Positions 1 to 9,768 of a stretch of DNA of 64,000 nucleotides are shown here, piece after piece. Both the position numbers and the translations under genes were made by a program. Origin of the DNA: an uncultured Gammaproteobacteria bacterium (GTDB lineage: Bacteria; Patescibacteriota; Patescibacteriia; JAHIZJ01). A model generated the notes under the pieces. The model was given only the letters and a program-made list of their open reading frames with translations. It did no database searches and was not told where the DNA came from. Position 1 is the first letter of the stretch. The number at the start of each line of letters is the position of its first letter. The stretch is taken from the NCBI GenBank assembly GCA_964594455.1, contig CAZQLY010000003.1, positions 37,360-101,359 of the forward strand, written 5' to 3'.

Positions 1-1
1 C

Positions 2-634
2 CAAGAATTCAGCTTTTTGAGAACTTGGAGGTCGGATAATATTTATCGTTCAGGTTATTTATTAAAGGACTTATTTTGTGAAGTGGCCAGACGAGCTGGT
101 TTTTCTGAAGACTATTTAGCCTATCTTACCTATGATGAGCTTTTAATAATGGCGCGGAGCGGGCGGCCTTCAATTTCCATGAATGAGGTATTGAAAAGGT
201 TGGAATTCTTTGCTTTATGGCATCATCGTGGATATTACCATGTTTTGTCCGGCCGGAACTGGAAAAAACTGTTAGAACCAATTTTTCTTGAAAAGCAAAA
301 AAGGGTTAATCAAATCACAGGCACTCCGGCTCATAAAGGAATCGCCACAGGTAAAGCCAGGCTGATTATGACACCAAACGATTTGGTCAAAATGCGTCGG
401 GGGGAAATTCTAATAACAGTAATGACTTTCCCTCATTTCATTTCAGCTATGGAAAAGGCTAAGGCTTTTGTTACTGATGAGGGGGGAATTCTTTGCCACG
501 CAGCCATTGTCTCACGGGAAATGAAAAAGCCTTGTGTTATTGGCACTAAGAACGCCACTCAGATATTTAAAGATGGTGATTATTTGGAGGTTGACGCTAA
601 TCGGGGTATAGTGAAAAAAATTGAAAAAAAATAA
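2..634 (+). CDS. PEP-utilising enzyme mobile (phospho-His swivel) domain protein, paralogue 1, 5'-truncated by window edge
   Basis: Frame is open from base 2; C-terminal TDEGGILCHAAIVSRE...PCVIGT...GDYLEVDA motif. Confidence 0.85.
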   Translation, partial: QEFSFLRTWRSDNIYRSGYLLKDLFCEVARRAGFSEDYLAYLTYDELLIMARSGRPSISMNEVLKRLEFFALWHHRGYYHVLSGRNWKKLLEPIFLEKQKRVNQITGTPAHKGIATGKARLIMTPNDLVKMRRGEILITVMTFPHFISAMEKAKAFVTDEGGILCHAAIVSREMKKPCVIGTKNATQIFKDGDYLEVDANRGIVKKIEKK

Positions 635-637
635 TTT

Positions 638-2005
638 ATGCCGGATCTTCTAAAGAATAAAAAAGCAACCACCCTTCATTCATCTGCGAAGAAAAAATTC
701 ATTACTTTTGGTAGCCGAGAAACATGCTTGATCCGAGATGAACCCTGGTTTACCTGGTTGGCTAGAAACGGCGTTGAGTTCATTGATCTTCCGAATGGCC
801 GTATTTATGATTATTACGTTAGTGAAAAAGATTATCACCAGGCTTTAGAAAAACTAAGGATCAAGATGGCCCGTAATTGGAGCCAGCATTTAATAAAATA
901 TCATAAAAAGAAACGGGCGGTTATTAAAACCGCTTGTGATTTAAGGTTATCTGTAAAGTCTGGTAACAGGTCCGGAATATTAGACAGGCACAATAAATAC
1001 TTCCAGGCGGCTTATGATTTTAATGAATACATGTGGGGTGCTTGGGCGGTTATTTATCGAGTTGAGCCTGATGTGATGCAAGAAATACCCGAGGAAATTG
1101 GATTAATTGCCAAGCTAGATCAGCCAATCAATTTTATGAAAATGCAGCGTGATGTATTTTGTTTGCCGGCTAATAAATGGCTCCAGGAATATCAGTGGTT
1201 GAAGATGTATAATCCGTACGATCCGGTTTATACGAAAAAAGATTATTTAAAATTTAGAAAAACCTTAAAACGATCTGAGCTGAAAAAGCAATTTAAGGAA
1301 TTGGCAAAAACCAAGACGGATTTTGATAAGCTGATAAGACAAATCAAAAACCGCAGCTTGAAGCAGAAGATGCTGATGATTCACGTTTACGCCTGGCTAA
1401 AAACAGATCGGATTGATGTTTGGCGTAAGTCAATATTTGAATTAAGAGACTTTTATCAATATTTGGCGCAAGAGCTGCCTGGAGCCTCTTTGCGTGATGC
1501 CTGTAATTTGAGCTGCCAGGAAATTCGTGAGTTACTAAACAAAAAAAGGGCTGTATCAGCCAAAGAATTGAAAAAAAGGAGTAAAAATAGTGCGCTGTAT
1601 TATGCTCAAGGCAATAGGTTGAGTATTTTGTATAGTAATGAGAAAATTAGAAAGATAACTAAACAGCTGACTACTCAGGCGTATTCGGAAAACATTACCG
1701 GGGTTTGTGCCAGCCCGGGTTGGGCGGTTGGAAAAGTAAGCATTATTTCTCATTCATCTGATTTACGTAAAGTAAAAAATGGAGATGTGTTTGTCGCCAA
1801 ATATACTTTCCCGACCTATCTGCCAGCTATGGCCAAATGTTCAGCTATTGTTACGGATGACGGTGGGATGACTTCGCACGCTGCCATAGTTGCGCGCGAG
1901 TTAAAAATACCCTGTGTTGTTGGAACCAAGAATGCCACACGGCTGTTAAAGGATAAGGATAGAGTTGAGGTTAAGGCGACAAAAGGTCTAGTGAAAAAGA
2001 GATAA
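638..2005 (+). CDS. Phospho-His swivel domain protein, paralogue 2 (large helical N-terminal region)
   Basis: TDDGGMTSHAAIVARE at C-terminus; no ATP-grasp motifs recognised. Confidence 0.85.
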   Translation: MPDLLKNKKATTLHSSAKKKFITFGSRETCLIRDEPWFTWLARNGVEFIDLPNGRIYDYYVSEKDYHQALEKLRIKMARNWSQHLIKYHKKKRAVIKTACDLRLSVKSGNRSGILDRHNKYFQAAYDFNEYMWGAWAVIYRVEPDVMQEIPEEIGLIAKLDQPINFMKMQRDVFCLPANKWLQEYQWLKMYNPYDPVYTKKDYLKFRKTLKRSELKKQFKELAKTKTDFDKLIRQIKNRSLKQKMLMIHVYAWLKTDRIDVWRKSIFELRDFYQYLAQELPGASLRDACNLSCQEIRELLNKKRAVSAKELKKRSKNSALYYAQGNRLSILYSNEKIRKITKQLTTQAYSENITGVCASPGWAVGKVSIISHSSDLRKVKNGDVFVAKYTFPTYLPAMAKCSAIVTDDGGMTSHAAIVARELKIPCVVGTKNATRLLKDKDRVEVKATKGLVKKR

Positions 2006-2058
2006 GAACAGTCAGCGGGCCTTCCAGGCTCGCTTTTAGGTAGTTTTTGCATAATTTA

Positions 2059-2067
2059 TGCTATAAT
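2059..2067 (+). promoter_or_regulatory. Extended -10 promoter (TGcTATAAT); likely leaderless mRNA
   Basis: TGCTATAAT ends 6 nt before ATG 2074; no SD. Confidence 0.55.
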
Positions 2068-2073
2068 TAGCCT

Positions 2074-3606
2074 ATGTCTGGATTAAAGATAATACCAAAA
2101 AGCGACCGACTGCAATGGGGTTCGATGCCGGCTGTGCCATACTTTATTATGCTGGTGGCTTGGGCAGTCATCGGTCGGGCACAAAAGAGATTTAAAAGCA
2201 GCTGGCCGCACGGGCAGGAGCTTTTTTACGATAAGGAATTTGGCGTTTGGTTTAGCTATATGTCCGAAGTTGAGAAGAGCGGTATGAAAGCGGCTAAAAA
2301 GTTTTATCATCATCCTAAACGATTGCGATTGCTAAAAAAAGAATATGCAGCCTGCTTAAAGGTTATCCAGGAAGCGCGTAAATTTGTTCATCAATATTCT
2401 TTACGCAAATTTTCCTATGACGAATTGTTGGATTTGTACCGAACTTTTGTGGATGTGTATGAAAGACTTTGGACAGTAACGATTCAGTCAGAGATTACCG
2501 GTTATGGATTGAATGGATTTTTTACTAGAGAAATCCCAAAACATTTCCCACCCGACCAAGTAGCTGAGGTTTTGTCAATTCTATCAACCAGCGATGACCT
2601 TTCTTTTTATCAAAAAGAGGAGATAGATTTTTATTCTATATTAAAATCACTTAAGCCTAGTAGTTCTGTTTTAAAGAACGATAAAAATTTCCGCAATTGG
2701 CTCAAGAAAAAACATCCTCAGGTTAATTACAAGTTGCAGCAACACGCCAAAGAATACAGCTGGTTGATGAACAACTATAAACGCGGCCAGCCTTTGCCAG
2801 AATCATATTTTTACTCCAGAGCCAGACATGTGTTATCTGAAAACAAGCATTTGGACGAAGAGATTCGTGCTATAAAGAAACAATTTAGGCTGTCATTGAA
2901 CAAAAAGCGTGCCTTGATAAAAAAAGTCCAAGCCGGACTTTTGAAATTTTATGCCCAAAAGGTGATAGGCGATGCTATCGCCTGGCAGGATGACCGCAAG
3001 GGCTGGCAGATGCGAGCTCAAGAAGTGATTTATCGTTTTCTTCAGGAGTTTTCTCGCCGCAAAAAGGTCAGTTTAGATAAATGGTATTATCTTACGCCAA
3101 AAGAAACCTGGGCAGTGCTGGTGGGAGCGCTTCGATTTCCGCATCGAGACGTCAAAGCCAGGCAAAAAAGAATGTTAGTCGTTGTAGATTATAATGATTA
3201 CAGAATTTTTACCGGCCGGGTGGCAGAAAAGTTTTATCGCATTTATCGAACTAACTATAAGAGCGACAAGGACCGTGAAGTAAAAGGAATAGTGGGCTCA
3301 CGCGGCCAGCCGGGCATTTTACGGGCCAAGGTTCAAATATTGCACAGCCCGTCTCAAGTAAAAACTTTCAAAAAAGGTAGGGTGTTGGTGGCCGAATTAA
3401 CCAGCCCGGATTATATTGGTGCGATTCGAAAAGCCAGTGCCATTGTTACAGACCACGGCGGCCTAACTTCACACGCTGCCGTGGTAGCGCGGGAGTTCAA
3501 TATCCCCTGCATAGTTGGTACGAAAAATGCCACTCAGGCTTTTTCCAGCGGCGATTTAATAGAAATTGATTCAAATACTGGTGTTGTTAGAAGGGTTAAA
3601 AAATGA
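2074..3606 (+). CDS. Phospho-His swivel domain protein, paralogue 3
   Basis: TDHGGLTSHAAVVARE motif; ATGA overlap with the next gene. Confidence 0.85.
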   Translation: MSGLKIIPKSDRLQWGSMPAVPYFIMLVAWAVIGRAQKRFKSSWPHGQELFYDKEFGVWFSYMSEVEKSGMKAAKKFYHHPKRLRLLKKEYAACLKVIQEARKFVHQYSLRKFSYDELLDLYRTFVDVYERLWTVTIQSEITGYGLNGFFTREIPKHFPPDQVAEVLSILSTSDDLSFYQKEEIDFYSILKSLKPSSSVLKNDKNFRNWLKKKHPQVNYKLQQHAKEYSWLMNNYKRGQPLPESYFYSRARHVLSENKHLDEEIRAIKKQFRLSLNKKRALIKKVQAGLLKFYAQKVIGDAIAWQDDRKGWQMRAQEVIYRFLQEFSRRKKVSLDKWYYLTPKETWAVLVGALRFPHRDVKARQKRMLVVVDYNDYRIFTGRVAEKFYRIYRTNYKSDKDREVKGIVGSRGQPGILRAKVQILHSPSQVKTFKKGRVLVAELTSPDYIGAIRKASAIVTDHGGLTSHAAVVAREFNIPCIVGTKNATQAFSSGDLIEIDSNTGVVRRVKK

Positions 3607-4682
3607 AAAAAGCAAAGCAACGCCATCCTTATCATATGTTCACCAGAGATTTTTCTCTTTTTACTTCCGAGCTTTGGTATTGGCTGGTGACAGAATCAAT
3701 GCGGGCTGATATCGGCTTTAGTTTAAGTGATCAGATAGTAAATTATGACGGCCGGTCAGCTCAATGCTTTAGATTAAAGGAAGATATGGATGATTTTAAA
3801 AAGCTGGTTATTAATCTCCCAGACTATCATCGGCTTTTCAGCGAAGAAAGTCACCTCGAGTTCCGCTCGATCCTAAAAGAAATAAAAAGGCTGATTGCAA
3901 TCAAGCCCAGAGAGCCTTTTACTTTTAACCCAATTCAAAAGGTAATTCAGCATTGGGAAAAAATATGGGCTATGTTTGTTATTGCTTTTAATTTACCGTC
4001 TGGCTGGGCTGAAGATATCAAGAAGAAAAAAGGTGCCCGAGCGAAAAGAATAATCAATGATTATTATCAGGATCGTGTTTCATCTGAAGGCGCATTTGAA
4101 TTAATGGATGCAACAATTCGAGAATATATCGAACAGTTGTTTAAAAAACACCACATTCCAACCAGGTATTCGCATCTGATAGGTTTTACTGAATTCATGG
4201 ATTTAATGGAATTAGGCATTAAGCCTCCATTAAGCGTTTTGCAGGCCAGGAGTAAGGGTTATGTAACTATTAAAGGCAAGATATATACTGGGAAAGACTT
4301 TGCTGAGCTTTTGAAAAAACATGGCTATATTTATTCCAGAAAAGATGTAAATAAAAACATCAAAGCGTTTGAGGGATTAGCAGCTTACTCATCGGGTATT
4401 GTCAGAGGCAGGGTTAGCCTAGTTTTCAATATTCAGGACATGAAGAAGTTTATAAAAGGAAAAATCATGGTCTCACCGGAAACTTCACCGGTTTTTCTAC
4501 CCGCCATGAAAAAAGCCAAAGCAATAATTACAGATGAAGGTGGTATCACATCCCATGCTTCAATAGCCTCGAGAGAATTCAAAATACCCTGTATTGTCGG
4601 CACTAAGATTGCCACAAAAGCACTAAAGAACGACCAGCAAATAGAAATAGACACTAAAAACGGAATAATCAAAATTATATGA
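3603..4682 (+). CDS. Phospho-His swivel domain protein, paralogue 4
   Basis: TDEGGITSHASIASRE motif; ATGA overlaps on both sides. Confidence 0.85.
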   Translation: MKKAKQRHPYHMFTRDFSLFTSELWYWLVTESMRADIGFSLSDQIVNYDGRSAQCFRLKEDMDDFKKLVINLPDYHRLFSEESHLEFRSILKEIKRLIAIKPREPFTFNPIQKVIQHWEKIWAMFVIAFNLPSGWAEDIKKKKGARAKRIINDYYQDRVSSEGAFELMDATIREYIEQLFKKHHIPTRYSHLIGFTEFMDLMELGIKPPLSVLQARSKGYVTIKGKIYTGKDFAELLKKHGYIYSRKDVNKNIKAFEGLAAYSSGIVRGRVSLVFNIQDMKKFIKGKIMVSPETSPVFLPAMKKAKAIITDEGGITSHASIASREFKIPCIVGTKIATKALKNDQQIEIDTKNGIIKII

Positions 4683-6109
4683 AATGGACATTTATTGGAA
4701 CCAGAAGAGTAGCAGTACAAGTGGCCGAAGCCTGGTGTTATGGCTGGGGGCAGGCTATGAAAAAAGTTTACGGTGTTTATATTAATTCAACTTTGATATA
4801 CCGTGATGAGAAAAAAACTGATATTTTTGCTGATGCCAAAGATTATAAAAGGTTTTATTCCGGATTGCTAACATTGTTGCAAGATGAAAGATTTGTAAAA
4901 GACTTCCATCCCCAAGCCCAAAAGAGGTTAGAAGAACTTTATTCAGAAATGAAGAAAATTTTAGCAGTTGATTTAAAGAAATTAACCGACAAGCAGTTAC
5001 TAAAGTTGTTTGAGAAAGAAATATTGCCCAGACAAACTCAGTTCTACGTTCGGATGTGGACAGTGTATCAAATCGGTGAACCAATGACTGAAACGATGTC
5101 TAATATTTTGAGAAAAAAATTGAATGACGGAGCACGCGTCACAGAGTTATTGGTTAAATTAGCTGAACCTTTAAGTTTTAACGACGCTATCAGTAATCGT
5201 TATGAGCTTTTGAAGTTAGCAGTTGATGCCAATAAACTTAAACCAGCCGAGTTGGATATGAAATTAAAGCTTCATGCTAAGAAGTTCCAGCATATCCCAG
5301 TATATGATATTGATCATGATCCTTATACTTACGATCATTTCAAACAAGAGTTGAAGGAAATAAAAGACGCGGCCAAGGAACTGAAAAAACTGGAATCAGA
5401 AATAGATCGCAGAAAAAAAGAACACAAAAAGATAATCAGTGAATTAAAGCCCGATCGAAAGTTCTTGGCTCTCATTAACTTTATCAAAGAGAACTCTTTT
5501 CTTCGTGATTACCGTGATTCAATTAGGCAGAAGCTTAACCTGGAATTAAAAAAGTACTATGAGGAATTGGCTGATCGGATGAAGATTACATTAGAAGAAG
5601 TAATAACGTTAGTAAACAGTGAAATAATTGAGTATTTTGGTCAAAACAAAAGATTCCCCCAGGAAGAATTAAATCGCCGCAAGAAATCGTTTTTTCTGAT
5701 AGTGCGAGGAGAAAAAATAAAAATATTGTCTGGAAACGAAGCCTTAAAAAAAGCCGAGCTGGAATTGGGATTAAACAAAGCTTCCAGCAACCAATTGCTC
5801 AGAGGAGTGATAGGCTCAAAAGGTAAGGCAAAAGGTGTAGTCAAAATAGTATACACCAACCGTGATTTAGATAAGGTAAAAGAGGGAGAAATTTTAGTGT
5901 CTAGTATGACTCGACAAGATTTTGTTCCAGCAATGCGCCGAGCTGGGGCTATAGTAACTGACGAGGGCGGAGTAACGTGCCATGCAGCCATTGTTGCCCG
6001 GGAATTAGAAACCCCTTGCGTTATCGGTACCAAAATCGCAACCAAAGTCTTAAAAGATGGCGATCAAGTGGAAGTAGATGCGAATAAAGGAATTGTTAAA
6101 AAGATCTAA
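4679..6109 (+). CDS. Phospho-His swivel domain protein, paralogue 5
   Basis: TDEGGVTCHAAIVARE motif. Confidence 0.85.
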   Translation: MKWTFIGTRRVAVQVAEAWCYGWGQAMKKVYGVYINSTLIYRDEKKTDIFADAKDYKRFYSGLLTLLQDERFVKDFHPQAQKRLEELYSEMKKILAVDLKKLTDKQLLKLFEKEILPRQTQFYVRMWTVYQIGEPMTETMSNILRKKLNDGARVTELLVKLAEPLSFNDAISNRYELLKLAVDANKLKPAELDMKLKLHAKKFQHIPVYDIDHDPYTYDHFKQELKEIKDAAKELKKLESEIDRRKKEHKKIISELKPDRKFLALINFIKENSFLRDYRDSIRQKLNLELKKYYEELADRMKITLEEVITLVNSEIIEYFGQNKRFPQEELNRRKKSFFLIVRGEKIKILSGNEALKKAELELGLNKASSNQLLRGVIGSKGKAKGVVKIVYTNRDLDKVKEGEILVSSMTRQDFVPAMRRAGAIVTDEGGVTCHAAIVARELETPCVIGTKIATKVLKDGDQVEVDANKGIVKKI

Positions 6110-6116
6110 ATAATAA

Positions 6117-6791
6117 ATAAATGTTAAAAACCCCAAAACAATTAAACGACAGAACAAAACCTTATACGTTTGGGATTTAGCTGGTACACTTTTTAATGAA
6201 AAATGGAATAATAAGCTCACGGGTTTTGATAGTTTTGATGAATGGGTGGAAAACAAACTTGGGAAGAAAATATCTGAAATGTCAGATTATGAATACGAAC
6301 GTGGTTACGAAACACCTTATAAGAAAGGCGCAATGTTTAATTTAAAAACTGTAGATGGATTTAGAGAAGTGCTTGATAAGACGCATAATAACGAGGCTTT
6401 TTCTAGCGGTAATCCAGAACAGCTTCTATGTCGGGCTAAGTACTTAAATCCGAAAATTGGCTTCAATCTGCTTAAATATTTCCTAGCCATAAACTCACCT
6501 TTTGACTATGGAACAAGCAATAAGAAAACAGCAGAAGTATATAAAAAATATCTGTTAAAAAAATACAAACAGGGATATCGGACTATTATTTATACAGAAG
6601 ATAAAGCTAAATACATTAGCTCGTTTAAAAAAGCCGCTGCCAATGTTAAAATCAAACACCCAAATTTTAATTATCACATTTATCATATATTAAGAAACAA
6701 AAAAGGCATTAAAAGAAAAAATGGCTATTTTGAAATTGGTAATTTGTGGGATTTACTAAAAAACGAAAAGAAGTTGAATAATATCATATGA
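6117..6791 (+). CDS. HAD-superfamily hydrolase; true start lies upstream of the ORF-track call and is uncertain
   Basis: In-frame extension upstream of 6246 reads LYVWDLAGTLF (motif I, Asp at 6174); FSSG (II), K (III) and IIYTED (IV) follow. Confidence 0.65.
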   Translation: MNVKNPKTIKRQNKTLYVWDLAGTLFNEKWNNKLTGFDSFDEWVENKLGKKISEMSDYEYERGYETPYKKGAMFNLKTVDGFREVLDKTHNNEAFSSGNPEQLLCRAKYLNPKIGFNLLKYFLAINSPFDYGTSNKKTAEVYKKYLLKKYKQGYRTIIYTEDKAKYISSFKKAAANVKIKHPNFNYHIYHILRNKKGIKRKNGYFEIGNLWDLLKNEKKLNNII

Positions 6792-7543
6792 ATAATTTAG
6801 CAATTAAAAAACAAAAAACTGTTAAATTTGGATTAGCCGAGTGGTTTCTGACAGGTGGTATGCTTTTTGCCGTTTTGGTATCTTATTTAATATTCAGCGT
6901 ACCAACAATTTCCGATTTTATCGAAATAGTATGGGATAAGGTTGTGGAATATAGTTATGATTTAGGGTATCTGGGGGCATTCTTTATGTCTTGGTTAGGC
7001 AATTCCACGATTGTAATCCCTTTTCCTTATACGGCGTTGGTATTTTTATTCGGAGCTAGCGGCTTAAACCCAATGGCTCTAGGAATACTGGCAGGTGTAG
7101 GCGCAACGTTGGGCGAGTCGATTTCCTATATTGTTGGGTTCTTGGGTTATAAAGTTACTAAGGACAAATATAGGAAAAACATGAGCGCCTTGAGGAAATT
7201 AATAGACACCAGACCAAAGTTTGCCATATTTTTCTTTTTTCTAATCGGCGCCACCCCAATTCCCGATGATGTATTCATAATTCCGTTGGGATTGATTCGC
7301 TATAATGTTTTCAGGGCGATTATTCCATTTGCTATAGGTAAAATAGTTTTGACTTCAATAATCGCCTACATGGGATATTTTGCTGGTGATGCCACTACTA
7401 TCGGATTTCTAGAGGACCAAAGGGAATGGGTCAACGTCATGTCGCTGGTTGGAGTTATTATAGTAATTTACGCAATATTGAAGATTAATTGGGAAAAGTT
7501 AAGCGAGCGATTAATAAAAGATACGGGTTCACAACAATCATGA
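6788..7543 (+). CDS. DedA/VTT (SNARE-associated) family membrane protein
   Basis: Hydrophobic; GATLGESISYIVG and ATPIPDD motifs. Confidence 0.8.
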   Translation: MNNLAIKKQKTVKFGLAEWFLTGGMLFAVLVSYLIFSVPTISDFIEIVWDKVVEYSYDLGYLGAFFMSWLGNSTIVIPFPYTALVFLFGASGLNPMALGILAGVGATLGESISYIVGFLGYKVTKDKYRKNMSALRKLIDTRPKFAIFFFFLIGATPIPDDVFIIPLGLIRYNVFRAIIPFAIGKIVLTSIIAYMGYFAGDATTIGFLEDQREWVNVMSLVGVIIVIYAILKINWEKLSERLIKDTGSQQS

Positions 7544-8127
7544 CGATCTACCAGGGGTTAAAAATAATTGACCAAGCAAAATTACCCCATCCCGAATGGC
7601 AGTTCGTTAGGACTTCAAAAGATATTAAAAATTTAAATAAGGTCAAAGACTATTGCGGTTGGACGATCAGAACAGCCAAGGTGGATGGAGCGCCTTGGCA
7701 GAACCTATACGTGAATTGGTTGCCCAAGAAAAAGGTTTCAGTCAAAGTAGATGAGCTTCAGGCTCAACATCCGGGCCGGGCCATGTTTGTAATTTACCCT
7801 TCCTGGGAATGGAAGAAAGGTGGCACTATTTTGGTAGAAAAGGAGCGAGTTGTCATAAAGGCCACCCGAGGTGAAATCGTGAATTTAATGCGCTACGGCA
7901 AAATAAGTGCCAGCTACGTTTTTCAAAAAGGGAAATTGGTTGAGGTAAACGGTGATAAGAATTTTTTATCTGTTTCAGAGATAAAAAAAGTTATTCAAGC
8001 CCAAGAACGTATTAAGAAAAAAAACGTGATTTTGGAATGGGGCATTACGACTCAGAATAAATTCATATTTTACCGCATAGAAGACTTAAAAGAAGCAGCT
8101 AAGTTATTAATTGAGAAATATTCATGA
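7540..8127 (+). CDS. Stand-alone ATP-grasp-like protein resembling a degenerate PEP-synthase/PPDK nucleotide-binding domain
   Basis: ATG 7540 overlaps the upstream TGA; GL..AKLPHP, WTIRTA, KGG and ILEWGIT..FIFY echo LPVP, AVRSS and DIEWA..LYILQ of PPS. Confidence 0.5.
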   Translation: MTIYQGLKIIDQAKLPHPEWQFVRTSKDIKNLNKVKDYCGWTIRTAKVDGAPWQNLYVNWLPKKKVSVKVDELQAQHPGRAMFVIYPSWEWKKGGTILVEKERVVIKATRGEIVNLMRYGKISASYVFQKGKLVEVNGDKNFLSVSEIKKVIQAQERIKKKNVILEWGITTQNKFIFYRIEDLKEAAKLLIEKYS

Positions 8128-9596
8128 TAGTAAAATTTCGAAGCATTAACTGGGTCTACGAATGGGAGAGGTCGATTAATTTTTACCACGGTCATTTGAT
8201 AGCCCGTTTGTGGAACCAGCATAGTCTAGAGCGCTGGCCGACAAATTTTTATTGGCCCAAGAGAAGACAATACTTGTTGTTAAATAAAAGGGATACTGGT
8301 TTTGCCTACGTTGATATAAAAGAGGTGAATCGACTTTCGGATAATTATTTGGACAAAATTACAAAGAAAGATATTGCCGGACGATATGTGAAACAGGCAG
8401 ACACTCTAGTTCGAAGCGTCATCCGATTTGTCTCCCAGCACAAAAAAGCTGATCTGAAAAAGATGGATCGAAAAGATTTTCTTAAGTTATTTGGTGATTA
8501 TTTCTATTACTATTTTTCATTGACTGGCCTGGTAGGGGAAATCCGAACTGTCAACTGGACCGGCATTGAAGTCCTTAAGAGTAAAATTAAAAGAAGTTTT
8601 AATAATGACAGACAGCTTCAGAAAGCAGTGAATATTCTGACGGCTACACCGCGCGAAAGCTTTTTAAACAAATCGGAAAAAGATTTTGTAAAAACACTAG
8701 AAAAAATAAAGAACAATCCTAACCAAAGCCAGAAACTGACAACCGACTATTGGATGAAATATCGGTGGTTTCCTTGTGGCTTTAAAGATGAAGCTCCATT
8801 AACATATCTAGAAACCAAGAAGAAAATAACTAAAGGTTTAAGAGAATATAAGCAGTTGTGCAAAAAAATTAAGCAGGATGAAAAGTTCAGGGCTAATTTG
8901 AAAAAGCAAAGAACCGCGTTATTAAAAAAGATCAAGCCGGATCTGGGAACTAAAAGAATAATTGATTTTTTATCCCAGTCCACTTACTATAAGGATTTTA
9001 CCCGCTTTATGATTAATCGTTGGGGTCACTATGAAATGATCCCAGTTATGAAAGAAGCTGCTAAGCGTCTCGGCATATCATATAAACAGTTGGGTTATTT
9101 AAGTTTTGAAGAAATAGCCGATGGCCTTAGGGGCGAAGCTGTTCCCAGAACTGAAATAAGAAAAAGGCAGCTAGCTTGGGCTTGCGTGGTCATAAACGAT
9201 AGATTTAGGGTGTTGTCTGGTAGTCAGGCCGTTAAGTTAATCGGGACTTTTGATAAAGCAACGACAAGGATAAAAGAATTAAGCGGCGCTACAGCAAATC
9301 CAGGTAAAGCATCAGGCGAAGTGGTAATTGTCAGGAATCTGAGGGATGCCCGTAAAGCAAAAACGCAGGGCAAGATTTTTGTTACCACTATGACTACGCC
9401 CGAGCTAATGCCCTATCTGAGGAATGTCAAAGCTATAATTACAGACGAGGGTGGAATTACTTGCCACGCTGCTATTGTTTCAAGAGAGTTGGGTATTCCA
9501 TGCGTGATTGGGACTGCGCAAGGAACTAGAGTTCTAAAGAATGGTGATCGAGTAGAGGTTAATGCAACGGATGGTGTTGTGAAAAAAATTAAATAA
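8124..9596 (+). CDS. Phospho-His swivel domain protein, paralogue 6
   Basis: TDEGGITCHAAIVSRE motif; ATGA overlap with the upstream gene. Confidence 0.85.
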   Translation: MIVKFRSINWVYEWERSINFYHGHLIARLWNQHSLERWPTNFYWPKRRQYLLLNKRDTGFAYVDIKEVNRLSDNYLDKITKKDIAGRYVKQADTLVRSVIRFVSQHKKADLKKMDRKDFLKLFGDYFYYYFSLTGLVGEIRTVNWTGIEVLKSKIKRSFNNDRQLQKAVNILTATPRESFLNKSEKDFVKTLEKIKNNPNQSQKLTTDYWMKYRWFPCGFKDEAPLTYLETKKKITKGLREYKQLCKKIKQDEKFRANLKKQRTALLKKIKPDLGTKRIIDFLSQSTYYKDFTRFMINRWGHYEMIPVMKEAAKRLGISYKQLGYLSFEEIADGLRGEAVPRTEIRKRQLAWACVVINDRFRVLSGSQAVKLIGTFDKATTRIKELSGATANPGKASGEVVIVRNLRDARKAKTQGKIFVTTMTTPELMPYLRNVKAIITDEGGITCHAAIVSRELGIPCVIGTAQGTRVLKNGDRVEVNATDGVVKKIK

Positions 9597-9696
9597 AGCA
9601 CCTCGTTTGTGGCATCCCGAACTTGTTTAAGGATCTCGCAGAGAACTAGATTTTTCATTGAGATACTGAAATAAATTAACCATGACAGTTTGTTGT

Positions 9697-9739
9697 AAAA
9701 AAAGAGCCGGCGGTTCCACTAATGGAACACGCCGGCTTT
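9697..9739 (-). terminator. Intrinsic terminator
   Basis: AGCCGGCG-GTTCCA/TGGAAC-A-CGCCGGCT hairpin preceded by A7 on the + strand. Confidence 0.7.
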
Positions 9740-9768
9740 GGGGTGGCGGGAGCGACCGCTTGGACAGG

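Noticed and set aside
2-9596. Calling the six paralogues ppsA, ppdK or ptsI
   Set aside because: Only the swivel domain is present; no ATP-grasp or pyruvate-binding TIM barrel is seen in any of them
1816-9658. Similar antisense ORFs (1816-2052, 4433-4720, 5641-6045, 9413-9658) resembling a repeat family
   Set aside because: They are reverse complements of the conserved swivel-domain coding sequence
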